Source: a virus
Lineage: Duplodnaviria > Caudoviricetes
Strand: one strand, 5' to 3'
IMG/VR virus record: IMGVR_UViG_3300044305_003112
Span: 9,273 to 73,272 of that record
Length of the DNA stretch: 64,000 bases
Below the pieces are notes generated by a model. The model ran no database searches. It had not been told where the DNA came from and was given only the letters and a program-made list of their open reading frames with translations. Numbering within the stretch: the first letter of the stretch is position 1; the number at the start of each line of letters is the position of its first letter. Position numbers and translations under genes: made by a program. This document shows positions 45,687-56,100 of this stretch, in pieces.

Positions 45687-48218
45687 ATGTTAGATCCTAA
45701 AAAAGCAAAACAATACGCAGATAATATGGAGAGAGCGGCAAAAGCCGCAAAACAACTCCAAGGAACATTTGGTTCAACAAAATCTGATGTTGACGATATG
45801 TTTAGTGGCCTACAGTCTATAACAGATGAAATAACAGGTCAAGCTCAGGGATATAGTTTAGCAAAAAAAGCAGTAACTAATTTATCTGGAATTTTAGGAA
45901 AAGTTAAAGATGCTACAGATGATATTTCTCAAACTAGTTCTAAAGATCTAAAGACACTTCTTCAAAAAGCACAAGCTGAAAAGAAAAATTTAATAGAATC
46001 TCAAAGATTACTTTCTTCAAAAGCAGATATGGGAAAAGCTTCCCAAAAAGAATTAATTACATTAGAAAATATAACAGGTATTTTAGGTAAAACTGATGGA
46101 TTATTTGGCCAGATAACAGCTTCTATAGGTAAAGCTGCAAAGAATGAAAAAATGCTAGAACAATCAACAGGGTTGTTAGGTGATGCCGCAGGTGCAGTTG
46201 ATGGTATTTTTAGAAAAATGGGTGGTGGGAAATTAGCAGATAGAATGGGTATGAAAGATGCGTTAAAAAGTACCCAAGATATGGTAAAAGGCGCAGGTGG
46301 AGGTGTTAGTAAATTTAAGTCTATGTCTCACTTTGCTAAAGGATTAGGTAAAAACCTACTTAAATCATTTGGTTGGGTAGGAGCGATACTGGCTTTAGTT
46401 CAAAAATTAGTAGAAGCATTTAAATTCCTTGATGGAGCAGGAGCAGAAATAGCTAAAAACTTTGGTATATCAGCAGCAGAAGGTAGAGAAGTTGCTAAAC
46501 AAGCAAGACTACAAGCAGTAGAATATGGTAATGTTTTAGTAACTCAAAAAGACTTTATAAAGGGACAAACATCCCTTAATTCACTTTTAGGAACATCAGT
46601 TAACTTTACATCACAAATGGCAGGAGAAACTGCTGAAATAGCAAAATACTCAGGTCTTAGTGCTGATGCTCAAAAGTTTTTTGCTCAACAAATGATTATA
46701 ACGGGTAAATCTCAAAAATCTCTACTTAATGATATTTCTCTCCAAACAATGGAGTTAAACCATCAAACAGGATTAAATTTAAGTTTTAAAGAAGTCCAAG
46801 AAGGAATAGCAAGTTCATCAAAAGCTACTTTATTAACTATGAAAGCCCAAGGCCAATCAATGGCTAATATGGTATTTCAACAAAAAATGTTAGGAGCTTC
46901 TCAACAACAATTAGAAAGTATAGGAGGAAATTTACTTGATTTTCAATCATCTATAGAAGCAGAAATGAAAGCTGAGTTATTAACAGGAAAACAACTTAAT
47001 TTAGAAAAAGCAAGACAATATGCTTTAGAAGGAAAGATAGGAAAATTAGCAGAAGAAATAAGAAAAGAAATAGGGACAGCTGCTGAATTTGGTGAAATGA
47101 ATGTTATTCAACAACAAGCATTAGCAGCATCATTAGGTATGTCACGTGAAGAAATGTCAGAAATGTTGTATGCTCAAGAACAAGCAGAAGCATTAGCAGA
47201 AGCTTTTAAGGGACACACAGATGAAAATGGTGAGGCAATTACTACAATGTCTCAAGCTCAAGCAAAATATAATGCTTTAAGAGCAGAGGGACTATCAGCT
47301 GAAGCAGCAGCAAAAGAATTGGGGGATGAAGCATTAGCAAATCAATTAGAATCAGCAAGTATACAAGATAGAATGGCAGCTATAACAGAGCAAATGCAGT
47401 CATTATTTGTAGCTATGGTAGAACCTTTAATGCCAGCTTTTGAATATATAGCTAATTTATTGGGAGAAACTATAATGCCTATGATAAGAGAAATGCAACC
47501 AATTTTTGATGCTGTTGGACAAGTTTTATCAGGTATTATGAGACCCATATTTGCAGTAATAGGAGAAATAATAGATGCTTGGAATCAAGTATTTCAATCA
47601 ATAAGTGATACTTTTAATGAAATATTTGGAACAGCAGAAGGCACAGCAGACGTATTTGGAACTATTGGTGAAATTATTGGGTGGGCTATTAAACGACCAT
47701 TAGAATTTGTTTTAAATAATGTCTTAAATTATATACTACCAGTAGTAGAATCTATTGGAAAAATGTTTAAAGGAGTTGGAAAAATTTTAAATGGTGATAT
47801 ATTAGAAGGATTACAAATGATTGGAGAAGGTATTTTAGGATATATGATAGCACCTTTTAATGCAGTTATAAATGGTATTATAACAGGTATAAACTGGTTA
47901 ATTGAAGGAATTAATTTCTTCTTAGATCCTTTAGGATGGGGAATTGGATTAATTCCAAGTGTTGATTTAGCAGGAATGGTTGGATTAGCTGAGGGTGGTA
48001 TAGTTGATACACCTACAACAGCCTTAATTGGTGAAGGAGGAGAACCTGAAGCTGTTATACCATTAAGTAAAGCAGGAGAAATGGGATTTGGGGGAGACCC
48101 AAAATTTATGGCGGCAATAATAGGATTATTAAAAAAGATAGCTGGAAAAGATACAAGCATTAGTATGAATGGAAGTAAAGTGGGAAAAATGCTATCTTTA
48201 GTAACTTCTAGAATGTAA
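45687..48218 (+). CDS. tape measure protein
   Basis: 843 aa, helical A/G/Q-rich; SIEAEMKAELLTGKQLNLEKAR motif; C-terminal GLAEGGIVDTPTTALIGEGGEPEAVIPL. Confidence 0.9.
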   Translation: MLDPKKAKQYADNMERAAKAAKQLQGTFGSTKSDVDDMFSGLQSITDEITGQAQGYSLAKKAVTNLSGILGKVKDATDDISQTSSKDLKTLLQKAQAEKKNLIESQRLLSSKADMGKASQKELITLENITGILGKTDGLFGQITASIGKAAKNEKMLEQSTGLLGDAAGAVDGIFRKMGGGKLADRMGMKDALKSTQDMVKGAGGGVSKFKSMSHFAKGLGKNLLKSFGWVGAILALVQKLVEAFKFLDGAGAEIAKNFGISAAEGREVAKQARLQAVEYGNVLVTQKDFIKGQTSLNSLLGTSVNFTSQMAGETAEIAKYSGLSADAQKFFAQQMIITGKSQKSLLNDISLQTMELNHQTGLNLSFKEVQEGIASSSKATLLTMKAQGQSMANMVFQQKMLGASQQQLESIGGNLLDFQSSIEAEMKAELLTGKQLNLEKARQYALEGKIGKLAEEIRKEIGTAAEFGEMNVIQQQALAASLGMSREEMSEMLYAQEQAEALAEAFKGHTDENGEAITTMSQAQAKYNALRAEGLSAEAAAKELGDEALANQLESASIQDRMAAITEQMQSLFVAMVEPLMPAFEYIANLLGETIMPMIREMQPIFDAVGQVLSGIMRPIFAVIGEIIDAWNQVFQSISDTFNEIFGTAEGTADVFGTIGEIIGWAIKRPLEFVLNNVLNYILPVVESIGKMFKGVGKILNGDILEGLQMIGEGILGYMIAPFNAVINGIITGINWLIEGINFFLDPLGWGIGLIPSVDLAGMVGLAEGGIVDTPTTALIGEGGEPEAVIPLSKAGEMGFGGDPKFMAAIIGLLKKIAGKDTSISMNGSKVGKMLSLVTSRM

Positions 48219-48221
48219 CAA

Positions 48222-48229
48222 TATTTATA
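48222..48229 (+). promoter_or_regulatory. putative late promoter motif TATTTATA(AATA)
   Basis: in the gap before ATG 48251. Confidence 0.55.
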
Positions 48230-48250
48230 AATAAAATAAAAAATAAAATT

Positions 48251-48610
48251 ATGTCAACATTATTACAAAAATTACAAACAGATGGATCTGGATTGTCATT
48301 TAATGGAAATGAACCAGACATTCCAAATTTTGAAGGATCAAAATTACATGATACATATTCTATTACAGGTGAACCTGAAGTATTAGGAATGCCTGAACCA
48401 TCATTTTTAGATATGGATAATACTAGTGTAAGTCCTAATGGAGCAATGGGTTTTTTACCTTTAACTTTATCGTTAATGCAAGGCCCTAACACAGCACCCT
48501 CAAATGTAGAAGGTATAACAGGTTTATCTTACACACCAGGCACATTTATATCGGGTCTTTCATTTGATAATACTGAAGAATTAGGTACTTTTGATTTAGG
48601 AGAACAATAA
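48251..48610 (+). CDS. small acidic P/G-rich virion protein
   Basis: 119 aa; N-terminus TLLQKLQTDGS resembles the next gene. Confidence 0.7.
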   Translation: MSTLLQKLQTDGSGLSFNGNEPDIPNFEGSKLHDTYSITGEPEVLGMPEPSFLDMDNTSVSPNGAMGFLPLTLSLMQGPNTAPSNVEGITGLSYTPGTFISGLSFDNTEELGTFDLGEQ

Positions 48611-48622
48611 AATTAATATATT

Positions 48623-49090
48623 ATGCCAGACCCACAATTTGGAACATTATATCAAATACTAGAAGGTGATGGTTCTCAATATAGTACTTTATTAGAACCT
48701 GTAGGAATAGCTTTACCTATTCTAGAAATGCTTTATGTAAATCAAGGTGGATTACCAGCAATGCCAACAGATCTTAATTTAGATTCGATTGAGATAAGTA
48801 ATCATGGTAATTGGAATGGACAAATAAAATTTACGGGAACACCCTTACCATATACAGAACATGTAGAAGTAGAAGCAGCTAGTCCTGTTTCTAGATTAGA
48901 AGATATGATGTTAAATGATTCAACAACATCAAATCTTGGTATGATTTCACCTACGGAAGGTAGTTATATTGGGGGAGTAACGTTTGCAACACCTATATCA
49001 GGACAATATGAAGGAGGAGCATCTAGATTAGATGATTTAACACCTCCAATGCCTTGGACTGATTGGATAGCTAATAATCAACCTTTATAA
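48623..49090 (+). CDS. small acidic P/G-rich virion protein, probable paralogue of 48251
   Basis: TLYQILEGDGS; internal SRLED/SRLDD duplication. Confidence 0.7.
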   Translation: MPDPQFGTLYQILEGDGSQYSTLLEPVGIALPILEMLYVNQGGLPAMPTDLNLDSIEISNHGNWNGQIKFTGTPLPYTEHVEVEAASPVSRLEDMMLNDSTTSNLGMISPTEGSYIGGVTFATPISGQYEGGASRLDDLTPPMPWTDWIANNQPL

Positions 49091-49101
49091 AATTTTAGCG
49101 T

Positions 49102-51024
49102 ATGCCTTTAATAGATTTTCAAACAAATTTAAAAGGATTAGGATTTGGAAGAGATATGCCTTATGGAGGTAGTAGTAAAGAACCTTTTATAAGAAAAGAA
49201 ATCCCAAATCAAAGACCAGTAAAGTCAGGTCCTGATTTTATATTAAGAAATGGTTTTTTAGCACCTGTATCAGCTTTTACTGACGTAAAAAGATTAGCTA
49301 AATTTTTTGGAACAATGAGAGGAATACTTTTTGCTGTCAAGCAAAATGTATTATCTAGAACATCAGTACAAACACAAACATCTTGGGGTGCTGGAACTGT
49401 AGGAGGTCTTATAAATCAAGGAGTTTATACACCTCTAAGTACTTTAATGCAAGCAGGAACAGGATGGGCAGGCATACATTTAAATGAAAAAGGATTAGAC
49501 CCTACAGGATTAATAAAAAAAATAGCATTAAAAGAATATTCACAAGTTATTAATCCTATAAATGAACAAAAAGCATGGAATAGATTAACTAGATTACAAT
49601 TAAATTCATATAATGGTAGAGGATTAGGAGTAACAAATAAAGAATATTGGAACGGTAGAAAAGGCTTCCCAGTATCTGATGGTGCTTCTGAAGGAATATA
49701 TAGAATTAAATATGGTGTTGATTTAGCTAGTCAATTATTATTTAAATATTCAGGAGGTCCTGGTGCTATTTTAGGAATTGGAAATACTAAAATTTTTAGA
49801 TACAATGATTATTTTAATGCCATTAGGTCTACAATGGGTCATGGGGTTATACCTAAAAACTTAATGGATCAATATGTTTTGAATTGGCATGCTACTTATT
49901 TTTGGAAAAGAGGAATAAGTGGTCATGATTTTCCTACAGATTTTAGAAAAAATATATTAAAACAACGTAATTTAGATAAATATGAACATGGAGATGCAAC
50001 AGATGATGTAGTTGTTACTAACGATCAAGTAATATCAAAATCCCCAGGTTATAGAACTAAAAACAGACATGTTCGTACAAATTTAGGGGATCCAGGAAGT
50101 AAAAATAATATAACTTATGGATTAACAAAGAATGTATATGATTATGGTTATACAGCTTCTTTGATGAACGCCTTAGATAAAATAACAGCACAACCCATGT
50201 ATACAGGTTCTGCTGTTGATAATACAAAAGCAGTTAATGATTTAGTACAATTTAGAATAGCTGCTATATTTAATGATGAAACAGATACAACGGGGAAAAA
50301 TGCGGTTTATATGCATTTTAGAGCGTATTTAGATGATTTTTCAGATAATTACACAGCTACGTGGAATCCTATAACTTATGTTGGTAGAGCAGAGCAATTG
50401 TATAATTATAGTGCATTTGAAAGAACAATGGATATCGGATTTACAGTGCATGCAACTTCAAAAGCAGAATTAGTTCCAATGTATAGAAAATTAAATTATT
50501 TAGCTTCAACTTTAGCACCAGATTATGGAGATAATGGATTTATGAAAGGTAATATGCATAGAATAACAGTTGGAGGTTATTTATATGAAGTTCCTGGTAT
50601 TATACAAAATTTATCATATAACATTAGTATGGAGAGTGGGTGGGAAATAGCTATAGATGCTGATGGAAATAAAGACTCATCTGTAGCAGAACTTCCTCAT
50701 GGTATAGTAGTAAAAATGCAATTTACCCCAGTTCATGAATTCTTAGTAGAAAGAAATAAAAACTTCCAAAAACCATCAGCAAGATTTATTAGCTTACAAA
50801 GTGGAGATGGTGGATTAAAAGATTCATTATATGCTAAATTTGGAAGTTATAAACAATATGCAGCTCAACAAGAGTTTGCTGAAGATGATTTAAATGAAGA
50901 AGAAATAGTAGATAATAACCCAGTAGAACCTGTAACACCAGAAGAAGAAGAGTGGGATGACTTTAATGATTGGGATGATGGAGAATTTGAAGAAGAATGG
51001 GAGGACATACCACCAATTGATTAA
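49102..51024 (+). CDS. baseplate tail-tube initiator-like protein (gp48/54- or P2 gpU-like C-terminal domain)
   Basis: FRAYLDDFSDNYTATW...YVGRAE..Y.Y..FER.....F, KLNYLAS, RITVG; acidic tail. Confidence 0.7.
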   Translation: MPLIDFQTNLKGLGFGRDMPYGGSSKEPFIRKEIPNQRPVKSGPDFILRNGFLAPVSAFTDVKRLAKFFGTMRGILFAVKQNVLSRTSVQTQTSWGAGTVGGLINQGVYTPLSTLMQAGTGWAGIHLNEKGLDPTGLIKKIALKEYSQVINPINEQKAWNRLTRLQLNSYNGRGLGVTNKEYWNGRKGFPVSDGASEGIYRIKYGVDLASQLLFKYSGGPGAILGIGNTKIFRYNDYFNAIRSTMGHGVIPKNLMDQYVLNWHATYFWKRGISGHDFPTDFRKNILKQRNLDKYEHGDATDDVVVTNDQVISKSPGYRTKNRHVRTNLGDPGSKNNITYGLTKNVYDYGYTASLMNALDKITAQPMYTGSAVDNTKAVNDLVQFRIAAIFNDETDTTGKNAVYMHFRAYLDDFSDNYTATWNPITYVGRAEQLYNYSAFERTMDIGFTVHATSKAELVPMYRKLNYLASTLAPDYGDNGFMKGNMHRITVGGYLYEVPGIIQNLSYNISMESGWEIAIDADGNKDSSVAELPHGIVVKMQFTPVHEFLVERNKNFQKPSARFISLQSGDGGLKDSLYAKFGSYKQYAAQQEFAEDDLNEEEIVDNNPVEPVTPEEEEWDDFNDWDDGEFEEEWEDIPPID

Positions 51025-51035
51025 AATAAAATAAT

Positions 51036-51371
51036 ATGCCAACAAATAGTAGATATTCAGATTTAACTCCTTTAACAACTCTAACAGATCAGTTTAGAAA
51101 TAAAGGAACTAATTATCTTCCTGTAGTTAAATATCCTGAAATTCAAAAAAAAGATACTGATGTGTATATAATAACAGAATGGGGAGATCGACTTGATAAT
51201 TTAGCTCATCAATTTTATAATGACATTAAATTGTATTGGATAATTGTAGCAGCTAATCCAAATAAATTAAATTTTGGTTCATATTTTCCACCTGTAGGGG
51301 CTCAACTTAGATTACCCCAAGACATTACAGATATAAAAGATTCATACAATGAATTAAATCAAATAATATAA
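51036..51371 (+). CDS. LysM-like baseplate protein (P2 gpX-like)
   Basis: GDRLDNLAHQFYND..LYWIIVAAN...G.QLRLP. Confidence 0.85.
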   Translation: MPTNSRYSDLTPLTTLTDQFRNKGTNYLPVVKYPEIQKKDTDVYIITEWGDRLDNLAHQFYNDIKLYWIIVAANPNKLNFGSYFPPVGAQLRLPQDITDIKDSYNELNQII

Positions 51372-51380
51372 AATAAAGTT

Positions 51381-54300
51381 ATGAGTAATATAATAGGAGA
51401 AGCTTTTAGTGAGTATGTAACAAAACAGATTCAAGCAAGACAAAAATCTTTATCTAAAATACAACCTACACAAGCTGATTTAAAATATAGAACAACTAAA
51501 GCTCCATGGATTCGATTAGCTAGTGCTGTGGATTTAGTAGGAACAAGAAAAGGAACAGCGTATAATAAGTTAAGAGCAATACTACCTGAAGAAACATTAA
51601 AATCTGATTTTGCAGGTTCTAGTTTAGCAAGAAATTTTGTTCTTCAAGGAACTCCTTTACAATATTTTAAAAAAGGTGATCCTGTTCCTGGAAGTCCTTC
51701 AGAAACATTTGAAAAAAATACTTGGCAAAAACCTGCTGGTGGGCTAGTTCAGGGAAATAATATATTTAATGGAACTTATGGTTGGGGAGGAATAAAAGAA
51801 AGAGGTTATGTACCTCCACCAGGCATTACTAATGCTTCTATAGATTATTTTAGTGATGGTGCTTTAACAAAAACAACAGTAAATATAAAATGTTATTCAA
51901 CTTTACAATTTTCAATAATTGATATATTATTTTTAAGACCTGGTTATACATCTTTGTTAGAATGGGGATGGTCATCTTATTTAAATAATGATGGGGGATT
52001 TGAAACAAAAGATATGATTAACACTAAAGCTTTTAATTATTTATTTAACCCCAAAACAACATCAGGACAATATGGTCAATATGCTATAGGAGCTAAAATT
52101 GAAGCAAGTAGAAAATTAATGTATGGTAATTATGATGCTGTATATGGAAAAGTATCTAAATTTAGTTGGACATTTAACCCTGATGGAAGTTATGATATTA
52201 TAATGGAAATGATTGGAATGGGTAGTGTAATTCAAGGTTTAAAGATGAATGTAGCTGCTCCAACTGAAGAAAATGAACAAGAAGAGGATAAAGAAAATCC
52301 TGCAACACCCTTAATGACCTCTAAAAATTTAACATTTCTTAATAAATATATTTATGATTTAGCAGCATCATTACATAAACATGCTATTAAAGAAGCTAAA
52401 GATGGAAAAGATTCGGAGGGTTATGCATGGTCATCATCTTGGGATTTATATCTTAATGATTGTTACTATGATGGAAATCCTAAAGGTACAAAACTTAGGG
52501 TACCTAATGGGGCAGGAATAGTATCATGCACTCATCCTAATAATGGAGTTAATAATGTAACAGAAGCAGGAAAGATATCAGGATTTCAATATTTTATGAA
52601 ATTAGGAGCTTTATTAGCTTTTATAGAAGGTAAATGTGGTGCGTTTACTACTACATCAAAAGGAAAAGTACCTTTAATAGCATTTGACTTTAAATATGAG
52701 GGAATGCATTGTGCCTCAAAAGATGATGAAGAAGATGGAATACCTAAAAAAGTAGGAGGAAATACCAAAGAAGGTAGTAGAAAAGGAAGAGGTAAAAATA
52801 AATTAATGAGAAGAGATAGAAATTATATGCTTTATATTCCTAATAATTTATCAGCAGATCCTAATGTTTGTATGGTAGATTGGAAAGCTATGAATATAGG
52901 AGGAATGGGTAAAGTTAAGTATCCATTTTCAGATGGTTATACTATTCAAAAAACATTCCTTAGTAAAACAAATTTTCTTATTAGCTCAGAACCATATTTA
53001 GGAAGAATGGCAAATGTAATGGTTAATTTAAATTATATATCTGAAAAATTAACTAATATGGATAGAAATGATGATGGTTCTATATCTATATTTGATTTTA
53101 TTCAAGAAATATTAGATGGAATTTCAGAAGCAATGGGGAGTATAAATAGTTTTACAATGATGTATGATGAAGGTACAGGTAAAATTAAAATATATGATGA
53201 TATACCCCCTACATATAAAACTAATATTGGAAAATTAGGAGATGAAATTTGCAAAATAAATACTTTTGGGTTAAAACCTGGAGTAGAAGGAAGTTTTGTT
53301 AAAGCAGTAAATTTAAATGCTGAATTAAGTGATGAATTTGCATCTATGATAGCTATTGGTGCCCAAGCTTCTGGTAATCAACTAAATGGTAATGCTACTT
53401 CTTTTTCAATGTATAATAAAGGATTAGAAGATAGAATGCTTCCCGATAAACTAGATTACCACACAGCAAATAAAGATGCAGATGATCCTGAAAAATCCCA
53501 TGAAGAATTATTAGTTGAAAATTGGGATAATAATATAAATTTAGGTGCTGTCAATAATCAGATTAAAAATGGGACAAAAGCATTATTATCAAGAGTTTAT
53601 GGTAGAGGTGGAGATGGTTATCAGTGGACTGATGATTATATAAAAGATTTTGTAAATCATATGACAACTCATGTTCAATTATTGCAAGGAATAATGACAG
53701 AAAATAAAAAGAAACTAGCAGCTCCTTTCTTTATACCTTTTAACTTACAATTAGATTTAGATGGAATATCTGGAATAAGAATGTATGAAAAATTTAAGAT
53801 GAATGATAATATACTCCCTCCTTCATACACAAAAGGTGGAGTTGATATTATTGTAAAAGCAATAAATCATGCAATTGACCCTACAGGATGGACAACTAAA
53901 TTAGAAACAATTTCTGTACCATCTCATGATGTTGAAGATGTAAAAAAACAAGAAGAAGAAGATAAAAAAGAAACTGAAAAAGAAAGAGAAAAAGTAGAAG
54001 AATTATATGAAGAAGAAGAATTAGAAACTTCAGAAGTCCCAACAGAAGGATCTGTTGAAGATGCTAAATTAAGAATGAGAGTAACACGGGTTATGGATGA
54101 TGGAAGGCAAACATTGGGAGTAATGGAACTTATTGCTGAAGATGAAAAAACAACAGTCTTTCGTTTAGCTACTAATGAATTGCCTTGGTTAAATAATAAA
54201 AATGATGTAAGTTGTGTTCCACCTGGAAGATATTGGGTTAGAACTAGATATCATAGTAGTAATAAAAAACACGGTAAATGTTTTATTTTAATGGGAAGAG

Positions 54301-54947
54301 AATCAGATAATTGGGGTAAAAAAGATTCTACATGGAAAAATACTGGGGGTCTGTCTTCACCAGCAGCCGGAGATATACGATATGGTGGTTATAAAAGAAA
54401 ATATATATTAATCCATAGATGTTTTTATGCTGTAGATTGGTTAAAAGGATGTATAGGTATGGGATTTGCTTTTAACACTCATCAACTAACAAGGGATAAC
54501 CCAAAAGGAACAGCAACCCCAGAAGCAATTAACAATAGAGGACCAGATCAAGGTAAAATGCCTTCTAAATATTTAGAAAAAGGATATACAAAATCAGCAA
54601 TGAAAGAGTCTCTTCAAGCTATGAGTATGATAAGAAGATTTTTTAATTGGGATGAAATACATGAAAAAAATAGTATTGGTTTCTTTTTAGATATAAGATT
54701 AGAAACATCTCCAGGAGTTTATTCAGATTCACCTGAGGGTTATAAAGGTGAAAAAAATAATGGTATTCCTAAAAAGTGGGTTAATTCTGAAGGCCCAAAT
54801 TATCAATCTTTATATTTTAAAGATGATACCCAAAAGGATATGGCTGAAAAATATTTTAAAGATAACGATTTAGCTTACATAGCAGCGGGTACACAAGGGG
54901 ATGATGTAAATAAATCAGGAACAAGATGGAACCCTAATGATATATAA
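51381..54947 (+). CDS. baseplate hub protein (gp27-like) with a C-terminal L,D-transpeptidase-like (DUF5675-type) domain
   Basis: PPPGIT, LRPGYTSLLEWG, LDGISGIRM...LP..Y hub motifs; after an acidic linker, ELPWLNN...SCVPPGRY...ILIH...KGCIG. Confidence 0.75.
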   Translation: MSNIIGEAFSEYVTKQIQARQKSLSKIQPTQADLKYRTTKAPWIRLASAVDLVGTRKGTAYNKLRAILPEETLKSDFAGSSLARNFVLQGTPLQYFKKGDPVPGSPSETFEKNTWQKPAGGLVQGNNIFNGTYGWGGIKERGYVPPPGITNASIDYFSDGALTKTTVNIKCYSTLQFSIIDILFLRPGYTSLLEWGWSSYLNNDGGFETKDMINTKAFNYLFNPKTTSGQYGQYAIGAKIEASRKLMYGNYDAVYGKVSKFSWTFNPDGSYDIIMEMIGMGSVIQGLKMNVAAPTEENEQEEDKENPATPLMTSKNLTFLNKYIYDLAASLHKHAIKEAKDGKDSEGYAWSSSWDLYLNDCYYDGNPKGTKLRVPNGAGIVSCTHPNNGVNNVTEAGKISGFQYFMKLGALLAFIEGKCGAFTTTSKGKVPLIAFDFKYEGMHCASKDDEEDGIPKKVGGNTKEGSRKGRGKNKLMRRDRNYMLYIPNNLSADPNVCMVDWKAMNIGGMGKVKYPFSDGYTIQKTFLSKTNFLISSEPYLGRMANVMVNLNYISEKLTNMDRNDDGSISIFDFIQEILDGISEAMGSINSFTMMYDEGTGKIKIYDDIPPTYKTNIGKLGDEICKINTFGLKPGVEGSFVKAVNLNAELSDEFASMIAIGAQASGNQLNGNATSFSMYNKGLEDRMLPDKLDYHTANKDADDPEKSHEELLVENWDNNINLGAVNNQIKNGTKALLSRVYGRGGDGYQWTDDYIKDFVNHMTTHVQLLQGIMTENKKKLAAPFFIPFNLQLDLDGISGIRMYEKFKMNDNILPPSYTKGGVDIIVKAINHAIDPTGWTTKLETISVPSHDVEDVKKQEEEDKKETEKEREKVEELYEEEELETSEVPTEGSVEDAKLRMRVTRVMDDGRQTLGVMELIAEDEKTTVFRLATNELPWLNNKNDVSCVPPGRYWVRTRYHSSNKKHGKCFILMGRESDNWGKKDSTWKNTGGLSSPAAGDIRYGGYKRKYILIHRCFYAVDWLKGCIGMGFAFNTHQLTRDNPKGTATPEAINNRGPDQGKMPSKYLEKGYTKSAMKESLQAMSMIRRFFNWDEIHEKNSIGFFLDIRLETSPGVYSDSPEGYKGEKNNGIPKKWVNSEGPNYQSLYFKDDTQKDMAEKYFKDNDLAYIAAGTQGDDVNKSGTRWNPNDI

Positions 54948-54949
54948 TT

Positions 54950-56056
54950 ATGTATTATCCTAAATCTCAAATACAAACAAATATATACACAGATGGGACA
55001 GAACTTACTTATGCTGATGGCCCCCAAAAAGGTGTAGCTTATAGAGGTTATTATTATAAATTATCAAATGGAGAAATGTGGACAGGAAAAACTCCAGAAG
55101 ATCCACCTAATGACAGATTAGAATTACCTCCAGTTACTCTCGATGAAAAATTCTCAGGAGAAACTTTAACTGTAAATTTGTGGTATAATTCTCAAGAAAG
55201 AATAGATGATGGGTGGGATGGACCTATTCCAGGGGATAATGGTGTTTATAATGGAGGAAATGAGTTTCAGCAAACAAATGTAATGAGTGATTATTTAAGT
55301 ATAAGAGAAGGATATGATCCAGTTCTTACAACTCCAAACTATCCCCAACTCCCACAAGTTTTTGTAACTAAACCAACTGAAGATAATTATAAAAAAGGAA
55401 ATTTCAAAAGATATTTTTGTGTAAAAACTAATGAAAATATATATAAAGAAATTTCAAAAGAAACTTATGATAAAATTCTCAATCGAGATCCTTCTATAAT
55501 TTGGAGTTATTGGGAACCTTTTATGATAGATTGGGTATTAATAGGAAAGATAGGAGAAGTATATTCAACAAATCGTAATTTAACTGAATTATATCAAATA
55601 AGAAATAATAGAATAGGTTTTGACCGTTATTTAAAATTCGTATATAGTAATTACTTCAGATATGATGGAGAGTTAGATGATAGATATTACCCACAATCGG
55701 AAGAATTAGTTCCTACAGACTTACCCCCAGCTTATGGTTATCCACAAAACACACTTCAGAATTGTGGTAATTGTGTTTTTAATAAACAAAATCATTGTCA
55801 AAAATGGAAAAATGCAAGAATAAAAACAGATTATTGGTGTGCGTCATGGAGTAATGTTCACCCTGAAGAAAAAGCATCATCCCAAAGACGGGTCCCAGAT
55901 TTTTCACCATCAAAAGAAGGAATTATAAGAGGTATACAAGCACGACAAGCTAAAAACACTTCTAATCAAGCTTATGGTAATAATGCATCAATGGAAGCTC
56001 CTGAATCACCAACACCAAGTAGGGGACAATCACGTTCTCCTGGAAGTACCTATTAA
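54950..56056 (+). CDS. tail-module protein with a C-terminal 4-Cys HiPIP-like motif
   Basis: MYYPKSQI start; CGNCVF..NHCQKW......YWCASW. Confidence 0.7.
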   Translation: MYYPKSQIQTNIYTDGTELTYADGPQKGVAYRGYYYKLSNGEMWTGKTPEDPPNDRLELPPVTLDEKFSGETLTVNLWYNSQERIDDGWDGPIPGDNGVYNGGNEFQQTNVMSDYLSIREGYDPVLTTPNYPQLPQVFVTKPTEDNYKKGNFKRYFCVKTNENIYKEISKETYDKILNRDPSIIWSYWEPFMIDWVLIGKIGEVYSTNRNLTELYQIRNNRIGFDRYLKFVYSNYFRYDGELDDRYYPQSEELVPTDLPPAYGYPQNTLQNCGNCVFNKQNHCQKWKNARIKTDYWCASWSNVHPEEKASSQRRVPDFSPSKEGIIRGIQARQAKNTSNQAYGNNASMEAPESPTPSRGQSRSPGSTY

Positions 56057-56057
56057 A

Positions 56058-56089
56058 TTTGGATATTTAAAATATTTTTCGTATTTTAA
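56058..56089 (+). promoter_or_regulatory. Bacteroidota sigma-A-type promoter for the replication block
   Basis: TTTG(56058-61)-N20-TATTTTAA(56082-89). Confidence 0.65.
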
Positions 56090-56100
56090 AAATAAAAGTT

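Noticed and set aside
39677-54947. Extracellular contractile injection system (multiple sheaths, LysM protein, hub)
   Set aside because: Terminase, portal, protease, capsid and replication genes in the same contig show that this is a phage.
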